From: the human T2T-CHM13v2.0 reference genome, Homo sapiens
Assembly: GCF_009914755.1 (NCBI RefSeq)
Contig: NC_060938.1
Reading direction: 5' to 3' (one strand)
DNA length: 64,000 nt
The notes under the pieces were generated by a model that had not been told where the DNA came from, did no database searches, and saw only the letters and a list, made by a program, of their open reading frames with translations. Numbering within the stretch: the stretch's first letter is position 1; every line of letters begins with the position of its first letter. The position numbers and the translations under genes are program-made. Of the stretch, positions 1-14,900 are shown piece after piece.

Positions 1-287
1 AGAAAAAATAAAACAATCGAAAACTTAAGGTGGTGGGTATAGGGACCTCCACTGTACAATTATTTCAAATATTCTATATATTTTAAATTTTAGGTATAAA
101 ATACTGGGGAATACAATCTAGTGTGGTATGAAGTAGATAAGCTGGGTCAAGTTGGTAAAAATAAAATGAGTCTTAGCCATGGATAGGGACTTCTGTGGTT
201 GGCAATACTTTTTTTTTTTTTAATTAGAGTGATTGAGATGTCACTCTATTTCCCTAGATAAACCTTGGATCAGAAAGATGGGGTACT

Positions 288-647
<360 letters not shown>

Positions 648-1983
648 TCACAAGGGAAAGTATTTGGCTGGGCATTTCTTCTTTTCGAACTTCATTTCTA
701 TGTATCTATCTGTCTATCAATCATCTTTTGGTGAAAATGCCCATGTTATAAAGTGTTGTGATTTTTTAAAAAAATCATGTATGTGGGCTAAGAAGATAAA
801 ATAGGCTATTTGAAAATTACTGTAACTAGCCTATAGAACCTATTTATAAACATAAATAAGTACGGTAGCAGCATGAACTTATCTTAGTGCAAATCAAGTA
901 ACAACATGCCAAATGTCACACCAGCCATTTTCAAGGTGATGTCTCATTTACTACACGTGGTCAGTGTTCAAAACTATTGTTGCTATTAAGATGGTATAGG
1001 GTAGTCTACAAATCTTCTGATGGCAAATGATAACCTCCAGGTCTGTCCCTGGCTAATGGTCCAGATGAAAAAGCAGTGTATAGTGTCTAGCAGACATCTG
1101 AAATCCTGATGTGCATTTACAAATGCTTTTGGAAAAGTTAGCAGTAAGAGTTAGAAACATTTGATCATCTTTTGAATTTGGCTTCACGGGAAAGCAATTC
1201 AGTAACAACTTTGCAGCTCTATTCTGTTCTTATCCTAGCCCTGCTATCCAACTGCTGCATGGCCTCAACATTTGATTTAACCTCTCTGAATTACATTTTC
1301 CTTATTAAATGAGGTTAACAAGCTAGTGTTACAGATATACTGCTATGTTTCAAAAAAGTTAGGTATTGTGTTGACAGGTTCTCTTTCTCCATCTTCAGCT
1401 TTGCTATGTCTCCTTCTACAGTGTATTACTGCATTGTGTTTATATGTGTATATGTACAGATATAATGGTCATTGTCAAAAACTCTCATTAAGATGTTCCC
1501 TCCAGTTAAAAACAAGTTCCCCAGCTTCTCAGCATGTGCATGATTAGCCACACATGATAATTACACCCCAAATGATAATACTTAACAGCAGCAGCATATT
1601 AACCTTGTTAGGCACTCACAATAGCAGAGACTAAAGGAAAGAAAAACAAGCAAATCAAGCTCCCTCATGTTTTGTGTGAAGAACAAGTGGGATTCAGAAA
1701 ATGTGCTCTACAGAGTGCAGGGAAAAAAAGACTCAGTGAAAATGAACATATATGAGACATATGACCTTCTTTTAGAATCCTGGTCCAGTTTTTGTTAAAT
1801 ATAGTGTATTAAGAGCCACTGTCTGCTCAGAGTCATGGCCATTTCATATGAAAATTTAGATGAGGCACTAACTTATTGAGTGCATAGGTGATATTCCTTT
1901 TTCTACATCAACTCTAATTCTCATGATGATATCAAAGTTAAAAAATATTAAAAGCAATAGAAAAGAAAAGATAGTTACTATGG

Positions 1984-2339
1984 TGTATTAGTCTGTTTTT
2001 ATGCTGCTGATAAAGACGTACCCAAGACTGAGTAATTTATAAAGTAAAAGAGGTTTAGTGGACTCACAGTTCCACGTGGCTAGGGAGGCCTCACAATCAT
2101 GAAGGAAGGCAAAAGGCATGTCTTACATGGTGGCATACAAGAGAGAACTTGTGCAGGGAACCTCCTCTTTATAAAACCATCAGATCTCATGAGATTTATT
2201 CACTATCATGAGAACAGCACGGAAAGACCCACCCCCATGATTCAGTTACCTCCCACCGGGTCCCTCCCACAACATGTGGGAAGTATGGGAGCCACAATTC
2301 AAGATGAGATTTGGCTGGGGACACAGTCAAATCATATCA
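1984..2339 (-). mobile_element. MaLR solo LTR (THE1 family)
   Basis: TGTATTAGTCTGTTTT...CAAATCATATCA termini (reverse complement of the THE1 LTR), about 355 bp, with a near-perfect 5-bp TSD (tatgg/catgg). Confidence 0.88.
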
Positions 2340-2810
2340 CATGGTATGTCAATTATATTGCAATAAAGATGTTAAAAAACCCAGTTACCTACAGAGGAAT
2401 CACAGTAAGACTGAGGACAGACTTTTTAACAACATTAATGGAAACCAGAGGACAATGGGAAAAGAATGTCAAAGTATTGGGAGAAAAATACTCAGCTTAG
2501 CATTTTGTTCCCTGAGTGAAGGAAAAATAAAGATATTTTCCACAAAGTTTGACAGAGTTTTTCATTAGGAAAAAGCAACTAAATGATGCAATTGAGAAAG
2601 AAAGCAATTGAAATTAGAAGGAAGTAATGGGAAGCAAGAAGGAAGAATGAACAAATAAATTGGTTAACATGTAAGTAAATATAGGCCTGCATGGATTGCC
2701 TAAAGCAAAAACAGGAGCGGTAGGAAAAATGACTACTATTGCGGGTACTACCACAAAATGGTAATAAAATTCTAGGCAGAAATTACATAAATATGGGAAT
2801 GGGATAGTGA

Positions 2811-3422
2811 CTCCAGATGATTTTTGACAAGGCTGCCGAGACCATTCAAAGGGAAAAGGATAGTCTATTCAACCAATGGTGCTAGAAAAAGTGGATCTCA
2901 ACCTGCAAAAGCATGAAGGTTGGATCCTTACCTAACACCATATATAAAAATGAACTCAAAATGGATGAAAGACCTAAATATAACACCTAAAACTATAAAA
3001 CTCTTTGAAGAAAACATAGGGCAAAAACTTTATGACCTTGGATTTGGCAGTGATTTCTTGGATATGACAACAAATGCATAGGCAACAAAATTAAAAATAG
3101 ACAACTGGACTTCATGTAAGTTCAAAAATTTTGTGCATCAAAAGATAGTAGAGTAAATAGACCACCCATAGAATGGGAGAAAATATTTGCAAATTATATA
3201 TCTGATAACAAACTAATATCCAGAATATATAGAGAACTCCTAAAACTCAACAACAAAACAGTGTGAGTTTAAAACTGGATTAAAGACTTGAGTAGACATT
3301 CCTCCAAAGTTGATATATAAATGGCCAATAGAAATATGAAAAAATGCTCAAAATCAATCATCAGGAAAATGCAAATCAAAACTACAGTGAGATACCACCT
3401 CATACCCATTAGGATGGCTACT

Positions 3423-3456
<34 letters not shown>

Positions 3457-4147
3457 CAAGTGTTAATGAGAATGTGGAGAAATTGGAGCCCTTGTCCATT
3501 ACTGGTAGGAATGTAAAATGGTACAGCTCCTATGGAAAACAGTATGACAGTTCCTGAAAAGATGAAAAATAGAATCACCATATAACTCAGCAAATCCATT
3601 TGTGGGTATGTACTCCAAGGAATTGAAAGCAGGGTCTTGAGAAATTTGTACACCCATGTTCATAGCAACATTATTCACTATAGCTAAAATGTGGAAGCAG
3701 CCTAAGTGTCCATTGAGGGATTAATGTATGAGCAAAATGTGGTATATACATATAAGGAATACTATTCAACCTTAAAAAGGAAAAAAATTCTGACATATGC
3801 TGCAGTATGGATGAACCTTGAGGACATTATGTTAAATGAAATAAGCCAGTCACAAAAAGACAAACACTGTATGATTCCACTTATAAGAGGTATTTAGAGT
3901 AGAAAAAAAAATCATAAAAGCCAGTAGAATGGTGGTTGCCAGGGGGTGAAGGAGAGGGAAATGGGGAGTTATCATTTAATGGATATGGAGTTTCAGTTTT
4001 TACAAGATGAAAAGAGTTCTGGAGATGGATGGTGGTGATTTTGTACAACATTATGAATCTAATACCACTGAAATGTACACTTAAATATGTTAAAATGGTA
4101 AATTTTGTTGTGTATATTTTAACACAATTTTTTAAAATTGAAAAAAA
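2811..4147 (+). mobile_element. Old L1 (L1M-class) ORF2 3' part and 3' UTR
   Basis: Degenerate ORF2 C-terminal peptides (MQIKTTVRYHLIPIRMA; WMNLEDIMLNEISQSQKDK) followed by L1M-type 3' UTR and an A-rich end. Confidence 0.88.
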
Positions 4148-4259
4148 TACACTGGAGAGAGATCAGAGGATATTGCAAAACCAGGTTATGAGTAAGAAAT
4201 ATGACAGCTGGATGTTTAGACTGATGTTGCTTCAAGGAAAAGAAATACTAGTATTAAAA

Positions 4260-7200
4260 TGAAGAGATTAGCAGGCTGTATGTATGTGGGAGCAGGGAGT
4301 TTATGGGAAATCTCTGTACCTTCTGCTCAATTTTGTTAAGAAACTAAAACAGTTCTAAAAAATTAAGTCTATTTAAAAAATTAAGAGATTTAAAAATAGA
4401 AGAGAGTAGAGATTTTGATTAATTTTAGACATTAAACCAAGTGAACATATTAAAATTTTAATCTTTTAAACCAATAGAGGGAATAAATGAGAATAAAGCA
4501 AATGTAACCAATTCAATAGAAAGCAGAGAAAATACTTTTTAAAGTGTAGAAAAATGTGTGATAAATAGAAAGCACAAACCAAACAGTAAATATAAATCAA
4601 AATATATCAGTAGTCATAATAAATATAAAGGGACAAAAATTGCTATGTAAAAGATAGATATTAGATTAAGGTCTCTCTCTTTTTCCCAGTCCCTGCCTGC
4701 CCCTCTTCCTCACACTGCCTCATACTATAAACACACTACAGTTTATACTGGGTCCACCTAGCTTTATAATATATAAGGAAGGAAGCCATTAATGACCAAT
4801 GAATTGGGCTTAGCTCAGGAATGCAAGAATGATTTAATATTAGCAAAATCTGCTAGTGTAATTTACCATATTAACTGGCTTACGAGAAAGCCTTATGATA
4901 ATCTCAGTAGATGCAAATAGAAGCTTTTGATTAAAAAATAAAATTTTTGAAAAAATTACGATTATCTCAATAGATGCAAAAAGTTGCTTTTGGCAAAATG
5001 CACTCTTCATTACTGACAAAAATCTTAGCAGATGTGTAATAGAAGATGTATTAATATAGACTAGGCTATGATGTAATGATTAAACCCTGCTGACTCAGGG
5101 GCTTCACACAGCAAAAGCTTATTTCTCCTTTGCATTACAGTCCAAAGTAGTTATGTGACTGTTCTCTAAGCTGTAACTCAGACATACAGGCACTCCCCGT
5201 TTACTGAGGTGATGATATTCAAAATGTGACCTCCATTGTTGGCATGGAAAGGGAAGAGACAGCATGGGAGATTTATTGCTTGGGTGGGAGTGGTTGAATA
5301 TAACCATGATTGAAGGTGACATTTATCACTTCTCATATTCCATTTTTCAGAACTCAGTCACATGGCTCAGATAATTCAATTCTGGTGTAAAGACCACACT
5401 GTTAATTTGATATTTGACCTGAATTAAATGTCACATTATTCACCTGAGAAAGTTTACTGGGCCTTTGTGGCTCAAAGCCTTTTAAAATCTCTTTCTTCAG
5501 AGATCCGGAATCAATCAACTCTTCCAGCCAGGGCTGAATTTCTGTATTTTCTCTTTTTTCTTGCATACTGGTCAGTTCTTTCCCAAGCTTAACTTTTCCC
5601 CTCTTCCCCCTAAATGCAGCCAGTAGTACTGAATACATACTTCTAACATTCCATTTTTCAATTTCTTTTTTTAGAGCAACAAACTCATTAGGCACATGTT
5701 CTTTATTCTAAGTTATAGCAGGTGGAAGTGTTACCATCTCATAATATGGATTATGGATCTTCGCTGTTATATCCTCTGATATTAGTTTATTCATTACCTG
5801 ATACCCAACTTCTAGACCAATCCCCAATCTTATTTTATTTTATTTTTATGATAGCAACGTTCCAGTTCAGGTTAGTAATTACTGTATCAGTCACATATTT
5901 TCAGGAAAATAGCAAATATTCTAGGTATGTTTGATCAGAAGTTATTATGGGATTTAAACATTGGAAGACAAGGTAGTAAAGATCAGGAAGACTGTTTTCA
6001 GGAAGTTCAGGAGTATAAGGCATTACAGGAGAGATGTCAATAGGCTCTGAACTGTTTGCACACAGGACAGGCGATTTTTTTATAGGGATCTTTGATCAAT
6101 ATGGGCAAAATTTTTCCATTCTCATCTAATGATCACTATGGGCAAAAATTTTCCATTGTCATCTTCTAATGCCTACTCATGCCTGCAACCGGTTCTAGAG
6201 TACTGGGGCTCTCTCTCCTTCCACTTTCCTGTCTCTTGCCATAGCTTTCTTTAGTGGAACCTTACTGATAAGAGACTAGGGGAATGTCATTTTAAGGGTT
6301 TATATCTTTCACCCAGGAAAGATCTTAGAATGGTGGATATCGTAGTAAATATCAATAACTAATAATGTGGCACAGAAAGAAACTTGCTCAACTTGACAGT
6401 GGATATTTTAAGGAAATCTATACCAATTCTTAATCCTCAAATCCCTTTATAGTCAAGAGCAAAATAAGGATTCCCACCAGTAGTTTTGTTTAATATTAGA
6501 CTGGAAACTTGAGGCAGTTAAGTATAATAAGAAAAATAAATAAACATTTAAAGATTGAAAGGAAGAAATGAAGCTGCCATTCATTATTTGTAGAAAATCT
6601 TATTATCAACATTAAAGATAAATGAAAATCTATAAAGTAATATTTCTTATATAAAATCAGTTGTGTTATAATACGTCAGCAACAATCAGAAAGTGGAGCT
6701 TTGAAATGTTACTATTTATAATAGGAACAAAATATCTACGATACCAAAAAATAATAAAAGATGAATATGAAAATTATAGAAAAACAACAGAACTTTATGA
6801 AAGACACAAACAGAAACTATATACACACACACACAAACACACACATATCTATATATACTATGTTCATTAGCAAGAATATTCCATATTGTAAAAACAACAG
6901 TTTTTTTTCCACATTATATGTCCAGTACAATACCAAGTAGAATCCCAAGTGTTTCTTAGTATTTTTGTTTTAGTTTGTTTTTTTATCTTGTTTTGTTTTT
7001 TACAGAGCTTGGCAAACTCATTCTAAAATTCATATGCAAGAGCCAATTAAACCAAGCAAGAGAGTAGAATAACTAAAATAGCTTTTAAAAAGATGGTAGA
7101 GGGATTATCCCTAGCAGATATCAAGACATGTTATAAAATGATTATAATAAATATTGTCAGACTTAGGGAAAGACACTGAAGCTTGGAAACTTGATATTTG

Positions 7201-8060
7201 ACAGACATGGTATTAGAAATTAGTGGGGAGATAATGGATTATTTAATGAATAATCCTTCCCATATACAAAATTTAGATCCCTACCTCACACCACATGCAA
7301 AGCTCAATTACAGCTGTATTAAAGATCAAATGTGAAAAACAAGATCTTAAGATTCAGAAGATAATATGGGAGACTATTGAGTTTGGGTAGGGTTTCTTTT
7401 AAAAAGCATCAACTTAAAAGAAGACACCAATAAACCTGACTCCACAAAAATTTAAAACATTTGTACTGCAACTGACTATAAATGAAGCTGAAAGGCAGGT
7501 AGAAGGTAGTAGCAATTAATACAACTGGCAAAGATTTTGTGTCTAGAATTTGTAAAGAGCACAGTCATTCACTTCTAGGTATATCCTAGAGAAATTTTTG
7601 AATATTGATATAATGCAAAATAGAGAAAAACGTTCACTGAAATCTTTTTAATTTTTGGTAATTATAAGCAATTAAATGTTCATTAACAGAATGAAAAAAT
7701 GAATTATAATTTATTAATACATTGGAACATTACACACAGAAGATAAAATAAATGAATCACATACATGTATACATAGAGATAATATAAAAAATTAATGGTA
7801 AATTAAGTTTTAGAAGGACATACACTACAATGTTAAATTTTCTAATGTGCAAAATTCTATTAAATATATTTTGGACACCTCTATTTACATATTGAAAGTT
7901 TAAATACATCTATGGAAATGATAAACTGGAAATGATAAACTCCAAATCCAACATAGTAATTACCTTTGTTGAGAAAAGAAGTTGGACAGGATCCCAAAGA
8001 GGGAGACTAAAGGATCTTCAGTTGCAATGTTTTATTTCTTAAAAATCAATAAAAAGGCAG
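4260..8060 (+). mobile_element. Patchwork of highly diverged L1 fragments, with a probable MaLR (MLT1-like) insert near 5050-5390
   Basis: L1 ORF2-like pieces (ATCTCAATAGATGCAAAAAG, TTCTAAAATTCATATG, GATCCCTACCTCACACCA). Boundaries are approximate. Confidence 0.55.
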
Positions 8061-9861
8061 AAACATTAGTAGCACATGTGACAAATTCTAAATATCCTGT
8101 CAGTTTGTGTGATTTTTTTATTTTCATATATGTTTAAAATTGTTTATACATATTAATAAATTAAAAGGGAAAGTTAAATGGCCAAATTCCTTTCCCTTAC
8201 CCTGTATCCCAGAGATTCATAGTTCCTCTGACCCCTAGGCCAAGGCTCAGCTCAGCAATTCGTAGAAAATTATGCTGTAAATGGGTAGGTATTTTGTGGG
8301 GGCTGTTTAACTACGGGGTACCATGTTGTTTCTTTGGAAAAATGCCTTCTGAGTTCCAAATGACATACTTTTGTGCCATAATAATTTGGAGATTATGTAC
8401 TATTATAAATATTTTAGTACAAGTGGCGTCTTCCTTTAGCAAGAAAAAGGGAAGTGACTAGTAAAACAGTTGACAGGGCTGTCAAGGGATTATGACCCAT
8501 TCAGTGTTTTGCTAATGGTTCTGAGTTACTAAAGATACTATAAAGCTTTCTGAATCACCACCAGAAAAGAAAATATTGCTCAGCATTGTTTTGTAGCCAC
8601 TATTACCAGTTTCCAAAGATTAAAACACAGCTTATTTAAATGGCATATTTACTTAGCTAGAGTCTTTCTCCATTCAGTCTGACTGGTGTTCATCAGAGTA
8701 AGTCACGGAACCCCAAAAGACCCTGGTCATGCTCCCCAACTATTCCACAGAAGCAGAATTTCCTGGGCACAGCCTCTGCTCTGAAAGTTAAGAAGTAGGT
8801 GCATTATTACTGTTAATAGATGTTTCCGTTTTGAACTAGAACAATGAACATTTTCCTTCCTTTTGTCTGGTGTCTTCAGACTGGATTGCTTTTAAGATTA
8901 TTATTATTTCTCTGCGTTATACACATACAATCCAACTTCAGTGATAGTAATTTGGTAGTAAGTGGCCTTTCTCATAATTAGAAAATACTCTTATGGCAGG
9001 ATAAAGCTTGAAATTGCTCTCTTTGTGAAATGAGCATGCTTTTGTTTGCAAGATTAACTCAATTCCCACTGCTATACCTGGCAGCACAATTGCCCAATCA
9101 GTTTGGTGACTGGACTGAACTTTTTCTACAGGAATCATGTAGCTATGCAGCTTCAGAAACACAAATCCACTCCCTCATTGTTGGTTTTCTGACAGCTTTT
9201 TCTGTAGAACAGTTTGAAGAGAAGAGAGCCCTGTTTCTGAGACAGAGAAGTGTTTTCACACCTGAAGTGTAATTTCACACCTTGTGTTTCTCAGCAGATA
9301 AGTGCATAAAATAACACATCAAACTGGAATAGAAAAAGATCAACATAGAAAGAAAACTGCAGGTTGTAATTTGTTTCCTATCTTACAATGCTTTTGGAGA
9401 GAACAGTAAATTACAGAGATCTGCGTTTACGCTTTAAAAAGTTTGACTGGTCGTTAGGTGGGAAAATGAGCAGTAAACACTAATCAGCTTGCTGCCTGCA
9501 TTGAACAGAATGTACAGAATGATTGAATTTGGGAAACACCCTAACATTTTGAGTTTTAAGGAGAATAATGTGTGCATGTTAGTAGTAAAAGTTGCAGATA
9601 AAGGTCAAGACATTTATAAATTGATTTTAATAAAAATGTGATTGAGGAGATAATTATTTTATGATGGTTCCATTCAGGAATTTTAGCAAAAGGAGATCAT
9701 GTTGGTAAAATTTGAATGCTTTCTTTCCTTTCTATATTGACGCTAGTCACTGTTTTCTGGCACTCTAGTGGAAGGGTTCTACGATGAGGAGGTTTAGCTT
9801 TATTGCACAAGTTTGAAAACTTGAGACTGAAAGAAAAAGTTGAGCTTCCTGACTAGACATG

Positions 9862-10905
9862 AACATTCATTACAAAATATTTATTGAAGGTCTAGCACAT
9901 GGTAGTCACGAGCTAAGCATCAGGGGTTCAATGGTTAATAAGGAAATCCCTCTCTTTACCATTGGAAAACTGCGTCTTTGCAGACAAATAGGCAGCGATA
10001 ATACTGGTGATAAGTGCTGAGACAGGCTAAAACTAGGTTTTAGTGGAGACTATAAGAGGGTTATCTGAACTGGTGGGAGTGAGAGAAAAAGGTCAGAAAG
10101 GTCAGCAAATATTCCCAGATAAAGTGATATCCAGATTGAACTTAATGAACAAAAGTCATATGAGGCTGAGTATTAGTGGGGATGTCAGAGCATGGGGAGC
10201 ATGTACAGATGAGACAGGGAAAAAGAACAAATTGGGTTGGAGGAGGGGAGGAAGTTCAATGTAGTAGAATGCAGTGTATAATGGCAGCAGTGGTAAGCAA
10301 TGAGACTAGAAGATAGGGCCAAAGAAGACAGTCTACACCAAGAAATTGAGCTCTCATCTTGAGACTAGTGGGAAGTATTGAAGACTTTGTTTGTGTTTAT
10401 TAGTGAGAGTGACATGGCCAGATTTGTATTTCACAGAGATTGCTCTGGCAGTCCCCTGACTAGAAGGTCAGTGAGGAAACGTGAGGTAATAAAGGTGAGA
10501 AATGCTGGCACCCTGAGCTTGCAGTGTACACAGAGTTCAGAGGCACTGGGGATGGAAAGAAGTGGGTAGATTTGGGAGCTGTTTGAGAGTTAGAATCAAC
10601 AGAATGTGGCAACTGATTGGGTGGACTGGGAATGAGGAAGTCAGTCTTGTGAAAAATGAGGTCCTGATTTCTGACTTGGATAATTTGGTGAATGATGCTG
10701 CTATTCACAGGGATAGGGAACACTGGAACAGCAAATGTTTAGAGTTGGGGGCATATTGAATGTAAGATTAGTGTAAGATTTCAAGAGAAGAAGTGTAGTA
10801 TTCAGCTGGATCTCGAGTTTGGGAGAGAAGTTGAGGCCAGACCTGTGGACTTGGTAGATGTCATTGAAACTATGGGAGTGGATGAGATGGTCCAAAGGAT
10901 ATGTA
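9862..10905 (-). mobile_element. L2 LINE fragment
   Basis: CATTCATT...ATATTTATTGA (reverse complement of the L2 3' end) followed by purine-rich antisense L2 body. Confidence 0.7.
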
Positions 10906-10907
10906 GA

Positions 10908-11097
10908 TGCCTGGGCAACATAGGGAGACCCTATTTCTACAAAAAGTTAAAAAATTAGCTGGGCATGATGGTGCATGCCTGTGGTTCCAGCTACTCAGGA
11001 GGCTGATGGGGTAGGATCGCTTTGGGCCCAGAAGTCAAGGCTTTAGTGAGCTGTGATCATGCCACTGCACCCCAGCCTGGGCAACGGAGCAAGACCT

Positions 11098-11129
<32 letters not shown>

Positions 11130-11165
11130 ACTCACACACACATGCACACACACATACACAGACAT
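10908..11165 (+). mobile_element. 5'-truncated AluJ-like element with tail converted to a (TGTC)n(TC)n(CA)n compound microsatellite
   Basis: GCCTGGGCAACATAG..AAAATTAGCTGGGCATG..GCCACTGCACCCCAGCCTGGGCAAC, then the microsatellite at about 11097-11162. Confidence 0.85.
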
Positions 11166-11615
11166 ATGAATATGTAGAGAGTGAGAAAAGAATTCTCCAA
11201 TTCAGGCATAAAATAGCAATTTGACTATGAAAAAATCATGTAGAGCAAAATGTGTATATTTATCTTGTTACATAAATAAATGTAGATGAAGAACTGTGCC
11301 TGCCCACAAGCACCATTGCACGTATGCCTGTGCACGAATGTATACACCCTGTGCATGTAGAAGTACTAATGAACATCAGCAATGTGTGCTGGATAGTGAG
11401 CCACATGAAACATTAGGTATTCAAGGTAATAATTCCCTTCCTTAATAATTCATGCAAGATGTGTTGCCCAACAGCAAGAACCAGGCTTAAGGATACTGAT
11501 CAGTATGTTGAAAGGAGAAATTTGTAGCCCATATAAATGTTACAGCTAGTCTAGCCAAACAGAGAGCACTAATGTTTCTTATCATCCCCACCCCACCCTT
11601 TTTTTTTTGTCTTAG

Positions 11616-11929
11616 ATACATATGGAAAACTCTTTCTCCTCAATTCTGTGGGTCAAGAGATGTCCCGTTGCAAGACGTCCATTCGGCGTGGTCAGCCCAA
11701 TCCTGTCTATAAGGAGACCTTTGTTTTCCAGGTGGCCCTCTTTCAGCTGTCTGATGTCACGTTGATGATTTCCGTTTATAACAGGCGTACTATGAAGCGT
11801 AAAGAGATGATTGGCTGGATTGCCCTGGGCCAGAACAGCAGTGGAGAGGAGGAACAAGATCACTGGGAGGAGATGAAGGAAACCAAAGGCCAGCAGATCT
11901 GCAGATGGCACACTTTGCTGGAATCCTAG
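11616..11929 (+). CDS. SYT16: Synaptotagmin-16, last coding exon (C-terminal part of the C2B domain)
   Basis: Polypyrimidine acceptor ttttttttttgtcttag|AT. Translation (D)[103 protein letters not shown] has synaptotagmin C2B hallmarks (NPxYxExFxF, terminal WHxL) of the SYT14/16 type. Confidence 0.93.
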
Positions 11930-14900
11930 GTTTGCTAACCTGCATTTGTGTGCTGTGTCCACCTTGGTTACCTGTGTTGCTGTCTACTGACACTAAGTGT
12001 CCTGGCAAGGGTTTCAGGGTTTCAAAAACAGATTCCACTAACCCCTAGGACATTGTGAGTGGGAGTTTTGGGTTTCTCAATGGTCTGATTTGGATTTAAA
12101 TATTGTAATTTTAAAAACACACATACACAGTGAAGTGTCCGTATGGAAAATATTATACCACAATTAAGACCACTGATGAGTTAATTTGTGCCAATAGATC
12201 ATTGAGTTTTAGTTCAGGGTATGGGGTGAAGCTTCTTCTGCTGTCTCTGTTTGCTTGAAGAGTAACCTGAGATTGCAAGGGAGCTGTTAATTGTTACTAT
12301 TTGCAACCATTTAGGTGGATGAATCAGAATTTTCTTAATATGGTACAAAAAACTCCAAAATATAGATATGAATCAGATGCTGAGCCTCATAAAAGAATCA
12401 AACTCTAATCCATAAACTCTTATTTCACATTTTTCTCTTTATCAAAGAAACCTATTTACCTAACGAGTAAATATTATAAACTTGCACTTTTAAAATAAAT
12501 TTGTATTAATTAAATACCTCTTTTATCTTATATTTTGTGGTTTCTATGAGATTTGGTTAGATGAATCATTTTGAAGCAAGAAAAGAGTTCAGAAACTACT
12601 GTTTTAAGACAACTTGTCTCCTTTTGAATATGTAAGATTTCAAACTTGTGACTTTCAAGGTTTTTATGCTGTCTTTCTCACCCAATAAGTTCTTAGAGAA
12701 TAAGAAAACAAAAAACAAGACTACTGCAGTCATAGATTTATTGATTTTTTCTGCTTCTGGTGTTCTTTTGGATTATCCTTTTTCTATGTTCAATTATATA
12801 TACTCATATATGAATATTTTGAATGTACTGCATGTAAACCATGCTCTTTTTAAACTGAGTATTTTCCATCACTAGAGCATAGTAAATTGTACACAGTGAG
12901 TCCTTAATAAATATTGATTTGATTGACTCTTCAAAGTGAACATGTTATAACACCTGTGAATGGAGAAATATTTTCAGCTTGTGTGGAATGACATTAAGTT
13001 TTTCTTTGAGCATTTGAAGTGCCTATAACTGTCATTTTTTTATGGCATTTGCAGCAACATATATTAGTCACTACTTGCAATCTGGGCATGTGCCATTCAG
13101 AATACTGATCTTGTATGGTTATGAGCATGGGATTTTACTTATGACTTAATTTTACATATTTATGCAGTGCATGTTTACTTTCCTTATTCATAGGTCTGGG
13201 CCCTTAATTTCAATTACTTTAAATTGGCATTAATAAAAAAATAGGGAAAGAATGTATGTACATTTAATCCCTGCGCTCAATGTGCAGCTCTTCTGAGCAA
13301 TTGCTCAGTCACCTATTTTTAGTTTCTATGTTTCATTGTGGACTTTTTCCTGTCTGTGGGAAGAGTGATAGCTAGTGATGGCTGTATACAGTTAAAAACA
13401 CATAACTCCTCCTCAGCTCCACGTTTTGACAGATTGTAAGCGTAGGCTGTAACACTTGAAGAACATATTTATTCCTTACAGTGTGTAATGGTTATCCTGA
13501 CAAGACCAGACTAGGGCACAGGATAACTCTACTATGCTTTCAGGGTTCAGTCTTTGAATGAAATGATTTCATATGGAAGAATGAGAATTTGCCAAATAAA
13601 TTAATACCTTAATTACTTTTCAGGTCATGGGAGTTTCATATATATGGCTGCTCAGTTATTAGGAATATGTAATAAAACCATGTTCCTCTGGGTTTTTACC
13701 CTACCTTTCTTTGGGAGATCTCAGAGTGCTTTTCCAGCATTATATCCATTAACTGCTGAGTGGTCTTTGCAGCGTGGCTAAGTCATTGAGTAGAACTGAG
13801 TGCGATTGATTAAGTAGCAGCACAAAGAAGTGGCTTTTCACATCTCTTACTCTTTATGCCTTGTGTTTAAAGGGAAGTAGAACAGCCTCGCTATGCTTTC
13901 CTTTATGCAGTAACATAATAGCAGCATTCATTTTAAAATTTACATTTGAAAAAAATCTGTATATATTGTACAGACAGCCCTGAATTTTTCCCTCTCATAT
14001 TTTCCTGCTGCTGCATCCTTGTTTCTTGGTACCCAATAATCACCTATACTTCATTTTCTGTTCCCAAGACCCACCCATTTTTAAGGTTTTCGGCTAGTGT
14101 AGTGAAGATATTTGTGTGCTTGATCTGCCTTCCAATGGTCTGTTTATGATACAGTTTACAGGAATGCGCACCATTTTAAGGGAAGGAATGCCTGAAAACA
14201 TTTTTTATTTTTATAATTTTACTATGTTGGTGCTACTCACCAAATAGGATGCATGTACATCTTGAATATACAGCAACATTCACCCTCAGCTGATTGTATA
14301 CATTTAAGTGCTGAAGACAAGATATATAACAATATGTGGCTGATTTTTTTTACCTTTATTTGAAATTCTAGTTTAGTAAGATCTTTTGATTTTGTGCACT
14401 TAAACTCCCTTATTTTCTTGGCAAAGTCTAGACACAAATGCATTTAACATGTTTTTCACTTGAGCTTTTACATTTGGTTTTCAAAAGAGTTATGAAAGAT
14501 AATTAGTTGGTTCTGCAGTAAAAAACTGCTTTTGCCTATTTCTTCCAGCTAATGATTAATATCTCATAGGGAGATTTGACATTGAAGCAGCACTGGTTTT
14601 TGTTGCTTGAGTAGGTCTTTCAGCGATTTTGCCTGAAGAGCATGCTTTTAAAATAATATCGTTAAGAGTAAATGATGCGCTGGGTTTATGGAAATCTGCT
14701 TTATAGTGTGCCTTCTTTTAGGGTGTGAGTTTACACTGAATTGAGAAATCCTGATTTCACCAATTACGGTGGTGGCTGTTGTACTCTCTACTCCCCTCTG
14801 ACTATTGTTGAATTTTTAAATGGACCATTCACCAGGCAGCCGAACACCTGCTCTCCGTTCCCTCTCCTTCACTGGCTCCCAGTGTGATGCACAGTTGTTT

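Noticed and set aside
6093-6164. 37-bp direct duplication (also a 21-bp duplication at 48437-48478)
   Set aside because: Ordinary local tandem duplications without spacers; not CRISPR-like.
11612-12038. Minus-strand ORFs of 116 aa and 82 aa
   Set aside because: Antisense shadows of the SYT16 exon.
13293-13308. 16-bp perfect palindrome CTGAGCAATTGCTCAG
   Set aside because: About one such palindrome is expected by chance in 64 kb.
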